Below, one piece after another: positions 34,801 to 45,390 of a stretch of DNA of 64,000 nucleotides. The position numbers were made by a program, and so were the translations under genes. Source of the DNA: Somniosus microcephalus (Eukaryota); contig CM126208.1 in the NCBI GenBank assembly GCA_052327205.1, forward strand, positions 255,440,001 through 255,504,000. The letters run 5' to 3'. Below the pieces are notes generated by a model. It saw only the letters and a program-made list of their open reading frames with translations, ran no database searches and was not told the DNA's origin. Within the stretch, counting starts at the first letter, position 1. Every line of letters begins with the position of its first letter.

Positions 34801-37269
34801 CCAACAAGGTTTAATAAAAATATTGGATATAGGTAACAATTCCCAACTGGTTCAGGTTGGCTTCCCAGCCCTACATGGTATCGCAGTATAAAAATAGTGT
34901 CTCTCTTCACCATGTAGAGAGGAACAACCAGCACCTGAATACAAAAGGGTTCAGTCTACCTACTGCCCTATTTACATTGCTTTAGAAGTCTTAAGTTACA
35001 GATCCTTATGGACAGAACACTACATGGTACCAAATGCTAACATTTGGGTAACAAAAATTCACACCAAAAAATGACACAGATAAATAAAACATTCAACTGC
35101 TGAAAATACAGCAACGTTAAGCCACCTTACAACTTGTTTTGTTTCATTTTATTTATGCTCTTGAAAGGTTCCCAAATTGCCCACACTTAGTGCTTAAAAG
35201 GTGGAAGTAACACAGGATTGACGCATTGTTCTCACTGTAGGAACAAATCCCCTTGCAGTAAATACAATAGTTTTAGTGGGGGGCAAAACAGCTCTTCTAG
35301 GATCAGTCGTGACTCTTCATGTTGGTTGATTATCACAAGATAGCAGAAACAACCAGTAAAGTGATTTTTTTTTAACGTTCTTTAAGGGAGTCCTAAATTT
35401 TTTTTTCAATGAGCAGATTGTCCCACTTTTAGTCCATTCAAAATACCCGCCATGCAAACTCCACCATGTGATTACCGTGTCTTTTGCCCAATTCATATTG
35501 CAATATCTCTTCAAAAACAGTTTCATACAAATGGAAGTTTTTACACCACCGTCCACCGTGCTTTCAATGCAAAAAAAATGAGGTAGTACTGTACACGAAA
35601 CGGTTACTGTTAGTTCAAGTTTTGATTAAGCTCCACCCATCCCGATTTGCTAGCTTACTTAATAATAATGTAGATTAAAAACGTTGTCAGACTTCTTACT
35701 ATGGTGCACCATTAATAAATGATCACCAGTTGTGTCACTTTTTTTACCATTAAGGACAGTTGTGCTTGATACCCAAAGCATACCGAGGAGACAAATAGCC
35801 AGGCTGAATGCATTTTCCAGCGTTTTAAACATTAAAGAAAATTTACAACACTTTCATCAAATTTATAACATACGCCTTCTTATCTTACATTTAATACTTG
35901 TCTTTAGACTATGGAAATTTGTTGTTCAGTCGTAAATCTGCTGGGTTTAAAAAGGTCAAAAATAAAGTTTGCACAAATCTCTTTTACTCATCTCAGTTGT
36001 ATCATAAGGTGCAAGGTATTTTACATATCCCAGCTCCATTACAGAATTCAAATTATACAAATCAGTCTCCGCCGGTCAATCATTTTAGTGAAAAACGTCA
36101 GTGCGAGTACAAAATGGGATTTCCCGCTTTGTACTCGTGCTGGCGTACTCAGTAAAATTGTTCACAGGAGGAGTTTCACCCTCTTAATGATCAACTGGCA
36201 CAAAGGTCAGACCTACATGGGTGCAACAGTGTCAGGAGAACCTTCAGATACAAAATGAAGTTACTCCACAAGACTTAATTTTGCTTCATCTCTGGGTCCA
36301 TGATTGGTCCCATCTGCTGTGTTGCGCAACAAAATGAAGACTCAAAAAGTACTACCAGTGCAGGGACAGTATCATGGTCATGTTCTGGGAAGAACTTGTT
36401 CTCAATCAGAATAATCGATTGCTACATAACCGAATATGTGCTCAGTTCCGTGAGTTGAGAACATATTCATAACAGTTTTATTCTCACACCTCTACGCCCA
36501 TGGCCATTGCGGACTCTATGAAGAATGGGCACAGCAATGACAGTGGTTGCTGCTGGTAACTGAGCAGCACCTCAAAGCAGCTACTGCCAAAATTTGAAGG
36601 AGAACAAATGAAGTGGATATCACATCTCCTCAATCACACTTGAGATTTCACAGCATCTGTTCCAGATGTGATTTTACACTTGGATTGACACCGAGTAAGG
36701 ATGACAGTTCCAGCTGAAAAGTAATTTCTAAATCAGCAAGTTTAATGCATTTAAAACAAAACTCTCTTCTCTAATTTAACAGTAAATAGTGGCATGTAAG
36801 TGGGGGTTAAAGATTCCTCATGGGCTCGTCGCTCCCTATTTGTCCAAAGTGTGTTATCTTCTTGTCAACACAGAAGGCAAAAGCTCCATGAAGTGTGCAA
36901 AATATAAGCGACTCTGCAGAGCAGGGGGGGCAGAAAAACTTGTGCTCCAGTGTACAAATGCCCCCGACTATAGTCACCGAAAAATGGAGCAAAGCCAGAT
37001 ACCTACTGGCATGTGGATTTAAAAAAGAAAATCTCTTTGTGCCTCACATCTTGACATTTCTGTTCCACTAAAAACAATGGAAGCAGGACAATAAAAGTAG
37101 GGATTGCCAGACCCAGAGCAACTTTCCCACGAGCCGTAACACTTAAAAGTTGTTTTTCATAGGAGAAAATAACAATAAAAGATTTCATGTTGACACCTAC
37201 TTTAAGGGACAAATAAAATGTCCTGTTAACAATTTCTGACCAATTAAAAAATATAGGACTCTGGTGGAT

Positions 37270-38945
37270 TCAATTCCTTTTGTACAGTTTTAATGCACCC
37301 ATTAACACGTTTGCATAAATTCCTGTCTGTGCCATTTTAATGTAGATGCTAAGCAGTTTGAAATAATTGAGTTAACATCTACGTTAAAAGAGCACAGACA
37401 GGATTTCTTTTAGGAAAGTGTTAATTGTGCTAAAAACAGTTGGAATAAATCCGTAGATGCTATTTTCTTAAAATAAAACACATTATGTGATACAAATAAG
37501 TTTTTAAACTGTATGCAGTTCCATGGCATCAAGTACATCCTAAATGGACTCTTGGCCCCCAAGCTGCATGCTATTTAATAACCTATTAATACTGCACTGG
37601 GTTGGGCCAGTAACAAACATGTACCAGTTGATCAGTTAAATATATTAATAGTTAAAAGAGGGTCGCAAGCACCATAGTTAAGGGGGACCATCACTTTTTT
37701 GTAATGGGTCTGTGAAAATAAAATTTTAACACAGAAATGTTAAAATAAAACCAAGATAAAATTTGCTGGGAGGACTGAGATTCTGTATTTCAAGAATAAA
37801 CTAAAAAGTACTGCAGTATACATGTGATTTCTGACAGTTTAAGTAACAAATAGGGTGTGTTCTCTCTATATGACTGAAGTTGGAAGTGAATAGATTTAGA
37901 TTAAGTCCCATTCTAAATTTTTAAAAGGTCATTTAATGGAGGATTTCACTTGATCAAACACAATCCTGCCCTCTCTTATCTGAAACACATATCTGACCTA
38001 AAAGGGCTAAATAGCAGCTTCTTTAAAACAGTTTAAAATTTTTCATCAAAAAATAGGTCACAATGGCATTCACTTGCATTTGGAAAAAAAAAATAAATGA
38101 CAAGCCTACAAGTTTTGTTCTTTCCATAGGTGAGAAAAGAGACTTCCAGACTTCACCATGTATCTGGCTACAATTTAAATTAATGCGGTGGTTACAAAGC
38201 TGTCAGTAACAAATTTTAAGGTTTTTTTTTAATAAGAAACACGTAGATATATGCATATACCTTGCATATATTTATGCAAATGCCAAAAAATGAGGGTGGG
38301 GCTGGATACTATTTCTGACCCGCATAATCTTGACATTATAAATAGTACAGACAAGCACACTTTTTATAGTACACATCTCTGGGGACACAAAAAAATCACC
38401 TTTTTTCTTTTTTAAAGAGCAGGATATCTTAAAAGAAAAAAAAATTATATATAATTTCAAGTTTCTACTTCATGTGAAGACAATTAGCACACTTGTCCAG
38501 CCATACTCCAGTCAGTTTATGCTTTCCAGGCCCTTAGCGATTCCACTCACAGTATCGTTATCAAGGAACTAAATTAGAGCAATGGCCCCACCCAGTTTCC
38601 AATCCATCAAACAGTTCATCTGTTCACGGTAACCAAGAGCCTATTAATTTTATGAATGTACAATTTTTTTTTTTTAGTTTTGAAGTACTTTTCTGTAAAA
38701 TTTACTATTGAAACAAGTAGTACCATGCAAATCTTGCAAGACAACTCAAACCATAACCAGAATATGGAACTTTCGTGATTCTGGGTATGAGTAAAGGAGC
38801 AAGAAAACACAACAACGGAGTATTTGGAGTTGAAGTCATATCTTAACAACTATTGAAGGTATGCTCCAAAAACTGTACATAATATAGTACAAGATTCCAA
38901 AGGTAAAATGGTCCATTTGTTACTTGTGTTTAAGAGCGCCATGTT
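37270..38945 (-). other. SALL3: Probable SALL3 3' UTR to a candidate proximal poly(A) site; may extend further
   Basis: AU-rich, repeat-free DNA after the stop codon. ATTAAA on the minus strand at 37289-37294 followed by a U-rich tract. Further AATAAA candidates near 34530-34740 and 35150. Confidence 0.4.
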
Positions 38946-39377
38946 TTAGTTAATGCCAATTTCTTTGTTATCTTCAATAAATCTAGCGAATGGCCGATTT
39001 GCTCCTCCTTCTGTGCTCGGTTTCTCCAGACCAGCAACAGGCGGACTGCTGCCTGTGCGAACCCTGTCCATTCCGCTGGTCATACTAGTTAAAGCTGCGA
39101 TACCACTGCCCCCCAAGCTAACAGGGAGCTGAGGAATGCCTCCATTCTGTATAACAGAAATCTCGTTATTTTTCATAGCTAGACCATTCGTAATAGCAGC
39201 AGCGTATTGGTTCCAGAATGTTGCGTCAACATTCATTGCCCGAGCTGCCAAATCCTTTTGAAACATCTCTGAGAACTTCATAGCATCACCACCTAGTAAA
39301 GCCATTGGGTTCTCCACTGACAGACGACGCCCTCGTCTTGCTGGAGCGTTATTCCACATATGGGTTCCCATGTGAAC
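38946..39377 (-). CDS. SALL3: Sal-like protein 3, terminal coding exon
   Basis: Acceptor ccgttag|GTTCACATG continues the last finger in frame (NLK|[20 protein letters not shown]). C-terminus [11 protein letters not shown] is SALL3-type rather than SALL1-type. Confidence 0.93.
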   Translation of the reverse strand, partial: VHMGTHMWNNAPARRGRRLSVENPMALLGGDAMKFSEMFQKDLAARAMNVDATFWNQYAAAITNGLAMKNNEISVIQNGGIPQLPVSLGGSGIAALTSMTSGMDRVRTGSSPPVAGLEKPSTEGGANRPFARFIEDNKEIGIN

Positions 39378-39574
39378 CTAACGGAAAACACAAAACAGTA
39401 ACAAAAAAAACACACTGTTAAAAAGAATATATTTTCGAATGCAATACATTTTTGATATGCAATGTGTTTTTTCAATTACCCCACTATTACAAACATCTGC
39501 ACAGATTCTCTTTAAGGGTTTCAGTCAGCAGAGGAATCTTGAAACAGTGAAGTGTGCCAAATGCAATTCTGAAA

Positions 39575-39760
39575 TAGAAGCACAAAATGCTGGAAATGCA
39601 TAGCAGGGTCAATCAGCATCTGAAAGAGAAAGATAGGTTAACATTTCGGATGTGACCTTTGTCAGAACATGAATTGTTTTTTTTTTCTCTTTCAGAGGCT
39701 AATCGACCTGTTGGGCATTTCCAGCATTTTCTATTTTTATATTTCAAATTTCCAGCTTTT
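39575..39760. mobile_element. Older degenerate Penelope fold-back remnant
   Basis: AAAATGCTGGAAATG...CATTTCCAGCATTTT arms with a decayed hammerhead-like core on the minus strand. Confidence 0.6.
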
Positions 39761-39846
39761 AAACAAAAATTAATTTTGATTTGGTTGTAATCGCTCATAA
39801 TAGTCACAATCATCACTTTTTTAAAACGGAACATTTTAAATATGAT

Positions 39847-40071
39847 CACAGAAAATGCTGGAAACACTCAGCAGGTCAGGCAGCATCGAGGAGAGAGAAA
39901 CAGAGTTAACGTTTCCGGTCGAATCCTTCGGCAGAACTGGAAATTCTGATGAAGGGTCCCCGACTCGAAACATTGACTCTGTTTGTCTCTCCTCGACGCT
40001 GCCTGACCTGCTGAGTGTTTCCAGCATTTTCTGTTGTTATTTCAGATTTCCAGCATCCGCAGTATTTTGCT
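39847..40071. mobile_element. Penelope-like terminal fold-back insertion in SALL3 intron 2
   Basis: Inverted arms; flanking duplication ATTTTAAATATGAT (39833-39846, 40072-40085). Confidence 0.8.
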
Positions 40072-40495
40072 ATTTTAAATATGATTATGAGTTTATAATT
40101 CAAATCTTTTAGTCACAAATTTCTACTTTCTTTTTTTATTTATGTTGCTTAATTTGAATCACTGGATAATTCAACAAGAACGTATGTTTATATAGCATCT
40201 TTAATGTAGAAAAACATTCCAAATTGCTTCGCAGAGGCTAATCAGAAAAAAATGGATGCCGAGCCAAAGAAGGCGGTATTAGGAGAAGCGACCAAAAATT
40301 TGGTCAAAGAGGTACGGACTCTGTGGTGGGGACTGAAAACAATTTCTTCAGTCCTCCGAATGTTCAGCTCGATGCAACTGCGGCTCATCCAAGACTGGAT
40401 GTCGGACAGCACAGTGACAGTGGAGAGGTTGAAAGAGATAGTGGTGAGGTAGAGCCAGGTGTCAGCGTACATGAATGGAAGCGGTCCCGAAAGAA

Positions 40496-42272
40496 GGGCT
40501 GGATTTTCTCTGCGGTGGTGGGATGGTAGCGGGATAGCTGGTTGCCGGGTTCCGGTCCTGCTCCCGGCTGCAGCCGCTCTGTCAAAGGGATTTTCCCTTG
40601 ATTGGCCTTGTTAAGGTTGTCCTGTGGGCTTCTCGGCCAATTAACAGGAAGCGGGTCTGATGACGTCATTTGATGAAGTGTCATCAGCCGGTTTCCTTAA
40701 AGGGACCACGGCAACATTGAGTTTGACAGTTGTTCTGTCAGTGTTTGACAGCACTGAGGTGCTGCAAACACTGACAAGCACTGCACAAAGGTGGGTGCTT
40801 GCACCCAGGCCCTCCAATGACTCCCTCCATATGCTTATGGAGGGAGTCACAGCACGCAGGGAGGATCTCTTCCCTTCCAAGGGCAGGAGAGACCTCCCCA
40901 GGACACCAACGCAGCCTGGTTGCAAATTACACAGGAGGGCACAAGCAGGGATGTCGTCAGGGGTCCCTGGCTGCAGTGGCGCAAACCTTTCATTGATCTC
41001 AGTGGATCAAGAAACGTTACTGCAAAGCCACACTCAAACTCACCCTGCTGTGCCACTCAACACATCCACATCACTCTGCCTTCCCTACCCTACTCCTGCA
41101 CATCCTTACTCACACCAACTTACCTTGAACCTCCACCCATCCCTCTCTATTTACATTATCACTTCCCCATCTCACTAGCCACCCCTCACACTCACCCTCA
41201 TCCTACTGCAAGCATACCAACTAACAACACACAAGGGTGGGCACTTGAGAGGTTTAGCCAATGTCCATGTGAAGTTTCTGGTAATGTGTTGTCATACAGT
41301 GAAATCTATATTTTCAACACTGCCCCTTATTGGACAGATCTGTGCGCACCTTGAGAAGTGTCTTACTGAGTTCCAGTGAATGTCGAGACATAACTTCCCC
41401 CCCTATAGTGATGAGTGTGCATGGAATGGATTGGACATTAAAGGGATGCTTCACAGTGCTGGTGTGGGATGGTGTCAACCTGGCGCATCATGTGGCAGCC
41501 AGGGTTTACAGCATCAAGCGAAGCAAATCTGGCCATGTTGATGCCATCGCTGGCCTCCCGGGCAGCAACGTTGTCAGGGGCTGATGCCCTGTGTCCTGTG
41601 CAGCATCGGGTGATGGTGGAGAAGGCTGGTGATGTTGTTGGTGTACCTGGTGATGTTGGTGTTGGGCTGATCGTGGAAGGATTCGGAGGACCAAGGTCTG
41701 ATTTTTTTCAAGGGCACTGATGTTGCTGCAATAGATGGCAGCTGCAGGTGAGATGACAGAAGTGATCTGTCAATGGTGAGAGAGGTTGTTCCAATGAGGT
41801 GGCACTGGACATATATTTGGCTCTAAGCACTTGCAAGCTAAAGAAATCACTATATGTATTACAAATGCAGTAACCAACAGTTTCTGCGCTCTGAAACTGA
41901 CCATCTGCAACATGGCATCCTTTACACCACTTCTGCAGCTGTCAGCTTATCAGATACATCAAAGCAGACTCAAAACACGCCAGGTTGAGCTGGCGTGTTC
42001 CCCGAGCAGTGGGTAACCCGTGGGGGAGAACGTGAAATTGGAAGGAAGCCTCAAAATACCATTAAATTGGCTGTTAACAAGCCATTTAATGAGCTCAATT
42101 ATCTCCCCCGCCGCTTGGTGTCAGGTCAATTCTCCGCTGACAGACCCGACACCTGGGAGACTCGCGTGGAGGTGGGTTGACAGCGGGTTTCGTACCTGCT
42201 GTCAATCTTTGCTATTTTGACAGCGGACCCGCCTCCAAACCCGCCTTCTGAGCACCGGCAAAATTCCGACCC
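40496..42272 (+). mobile_element. Internally deleted Harbinger derivative (Myb exon remnant on +, probable transposase 5' remnant on -)
   Basis: Imperfect TIRs GGGCTGGATTTT/AAAATTCCGACCC; APRPSNDSLHMLMEGVTARREDLFP resembles the Myb exon at 61470; long similarity to 55782-57287. Confidence 0.75.
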
Positions 42273-42302
42273 ATGTCTACGAAAGATGTTGCCAAGAGGC
42301 AG

Positions 42303-42502
42303 AGAGGTAGATTTTCAACTTGCCATAAATCTGGCATTGTGGATTGGCCGTTCATTACAGAAACTGCCCAATTTGCATTTCCAAACAGAAATGGAAATCA
42401 GGCTTTTAAAATTTTAAGAAAAAAAAAATTAACATTGGTTTTCACAATGACGGCCAATTGCCAAGCCAGTTTCATGACTGGGTGGTAAATTAAAAATCTA
42501 TC
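42303..42502. mobile_element. Small MITE nested in L2
   Basis: GGTAGATTTTCAA...TTAAAAATCTATCC termini interrupt the L2 sequence at GGCAG|CAGCATGTAG. Confidence 0.5.
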
Positions 42503-42814
42503 CCAGCATGTAGATGAGGATGAGGAGGGGAGGCAAGGATAGATCCTTGAGGGAATTCTGGAGATAACAGTGCATGGGTTTGAAGAGAAGCCATTGTTGG
42601 AGATGCAATGGGGACAATCAGATAGGTAAGAGTAAAATCAAGTGATGGCAGTCCCACCTCTCGTTTAGTGCAAAAGTCACGTAAAATTATGAGGCGTAGA
42701 CTATATGTCATTTTGTACAACCAAATCTCCCATGATGCTGTTCACAGTTAACCAGATGGGGTCGATCATTGGCAACTACCCACCCAGCATGGATTGGAGA
42801 AGTGGGCATGATGA

Positions 42815-43175
42815 TTTTAAAATCTCATCCTTGTTTTCTAATCCTTCCATGGCCTCGCCCTTCCCTATCTCTGTAACTTCCTCCAGCCCTACAACCCTCT
42901 GAGACCTTTGCGCTCCTCCAATTCTGGCCTCTTGCGCATTGGCGGCCGTGCCTTCAGCTGCCTGGGCTCTAAGCTCTGGAATTCCCTCCCTAAACCTCTT
43001 CGCCTCTCCACCTCTCTCTCCTCCTTTAAAACCTACCTCCTTGAACAAGCTTTGGTCACTTGTCCTAATATCTCCTTATGTGGCGCGGTGTCCAATCTGG
43101 TTTGATAACGCTCCTGTGAAGTGCCTTGGGATGTTTTACTACGTTAAGACGCTCTATAAATGCAAGTTTTTGTTG
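42815..43175 (+). mobile_element. L2-type LINE 3' end
   Basis: IGGRAFSCLGSKLWNSLP...SSFKTYL ORF end and GTGAAGTGCCTTGGGATGTTTTACTACGTTAA tail. Confidence 0.8.
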
Positions 43176-44254
43176 GAAGTCAACATACTCAACGTACCGT
43201 GGCCCGATTTTCCAGCTGTTTGTGACCTCCAGTCCACCCTCCCGTCAAACTAGACTCTGTGGGAGTAGAGTCTCCCGACCTGTACCCTGTTACTTTCTCA
43301 TGACAGTGTTATATGACATAATGTACGATAAATTACTCTTGCTTCTCAGCTGGAGCTGCGCTTAAGGTGCTTGTCATTTTAAGGCCACAAAGTCCAATTG
43401 TTGTAAGTAAACACTGCCAATGGTCATTCAGAGTTCAACTGTTGCTTGGTGAGGGAATTTTGCAAATTGGAATGTGCTCGTCAGTTTCAGATTGGAGCTC
43501 AGCGCCATAATTTTAAGCCTGCTTTGCATCTGTAACAAAATACATCATCTGAAGTGTGATGTCTGTGCATGCTGCCACACCGTTTTTAATATATTCAAAA
43601 AATGATAGATAATAAGAGTGGTTCAGAGAAAAATGGTTTTTGTCTGAGGAAGTGTTAATTTTTCTTGAATAAAATTAGATGTCTGAGTCAGTTCACTATA
43701 TCTGTAATATCCTTTTTTGGACAAGACTTCTTTCATTGGTGAATGACTATTTCTCTGTTGTACAGATAAATCTTTGAAAGGTTTTATCAAATCACTATAT
43801 TGATTTTACTCACTGTAATTCATCATTCAAACTTCTGTAAGAAAAAGTCCAGTGCTAGCTACAGAATTCATGCCCTTCTGACTCTGGTTTTAGGATTTAA
43901 ACAGTCATGTTCTTCTTACAGGTAGTTTGTTAAAAGCTAATTTCTATTGAAAACAAGGCAGTTGTTGGGACTTTTAACTAGGAGCCCACTTGGATACGGA
44001 TTTTTTTTTGATGCAGAAGATTTGCTAAGTCTCAGTTGGGTTGCCAAGAGAAAGAGGGAAAAGGGGAAATGTCTTACAGCGCTACTTGTGCAAACATCCT
44101 ACATGGTTAAACAAGGAGTGACATTGACAATGGAGATACGGATGGACGACCCATCCTACTTTACAAATTAATAGGGACATCTTTTATTCAGGAAGCTTTT
44201 TGGGGAGAACAAATTTCAAAATATATCTATTATATGGTTACATTTAAAAAGTGA

Positions 44255-44685
44255 TTTGCACTGATGTGGCGCCTTATCCTATCTCAGAGATGTCTCAAAG
44301 TACTGCAGACACAATGCGAACAAATTTCCTCAGAGCTTCGTAACTTGGGAGGAAATCCTGTTTACCCGTGCAAATGGGGTTCCCAATGATCTTCTGCTGA
44401 AGTTATGGTGGCAGAAGCCCCGAGAAAACTCCTGGCAATTAATTACTTTGAAGTGTAGTGACTGTTGTTTGTTGGGCAAATGTGGCAGCCATTTTGTGCC
44501 AAGCAGGTTCCCACAAACAGCATTGAGATGAATGATCAGTTAATCTGTCTCTGATAGTGTTGGTTGAGAGGACAGTCACCCAAGACATAGAAAGAACTCT
44601 CTGCTCTTCTTCAAATGGTGCTAAATGTCTTTAACTTCCACTTGAACCGGAACAAGCAGACAAGTTCTTGGTTTAATGTCTCCCA
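44255..44685 (-). mobile_element. Degenerate DeuSINE with a small palindromic insertion (about 44320-44440)
   Basis: TTTGAAGTGTAGTGACTGTTG...CCCACAAACAGCA matches the reverse complement of the SINE body. Confidence 0.6.
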
Positions 44686-45149
44686 ATATAAATAATATTA
44701 ACAATAATAATTGACAGCTCAGCTTTGACCTGATCACTAAAGCTAAAAATGGTATCTATAACTTTTAAAGATTTAATGAGGTATTCATATGATATGGAGA
44801 TGTACACATGACCAAAATTGAACCCTGCTCAAAGCATCGCTCCATTGAATTAAACTGTGCAAAGGCTTAGGTCCTGTGTAAGTGCGGCAGATCAAAGCCC
44901 GAACTGTCCAGCGTTGTTGTGTATTCACAGTTAAAATGTAAAGCAACAATTATAACTTAAACGCTAGACAATATTTGCTGCAACTAATGTCTGACAAATC
45001 TGATTTTAGAACTCAAACAGTAACAACAGAAAGTTATGGAATCGTTTGCTATTATTTTAAAGGAACACTACACAATAACAGCAATTGCTTTGGCTCACGG
45101 TGTCGTGTGGAGGAGGGAAACATTTGATTAAGGACAGAAGGGGACCATT

Positions 45150-45390
45150 CTTAAAAATGATATTGACTTCAGCCAAGCATGTCAGTGAAGATCCAACAAC
45201 TGGTTGACAGTCCAGGGAGAGAGAAAAAAAAATCAGCTCTAGGCTTCCCACTCCTTGGTCCCTATTCAGTGACCCTTGCTGGATAGTGCACATGTAGATG
45301 TCAAGTGAGGACTGGCCTGCCTTGACTGTGATGATTCCTATAGTTAAACAGACTGGTGACACTCAATGTCCAGGCTCATCCGTGAAAAGT
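45150..45390 (+). mobile_element. Second SINE-like family, degenerate
   Basis: AAAAATCAGC..AGG.TTCC..CTCCT.G..C.CTATTCAGTGACCC shared with the 53.6 kb copy. Confidence 0.45.

Larger units (their letters stand above)
40175..42720 (-). mobile_element. L2-type LINE fragment split by nested insertions (L2 segments about 40175-40490, 42273-42300, 42503-42720)
   Basis: Minus-strand MYADT.LYL...SDIQSWMS and PQGSILA RT remnants; L2-like tail at about 40175-40240. Confidence 0.65.
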
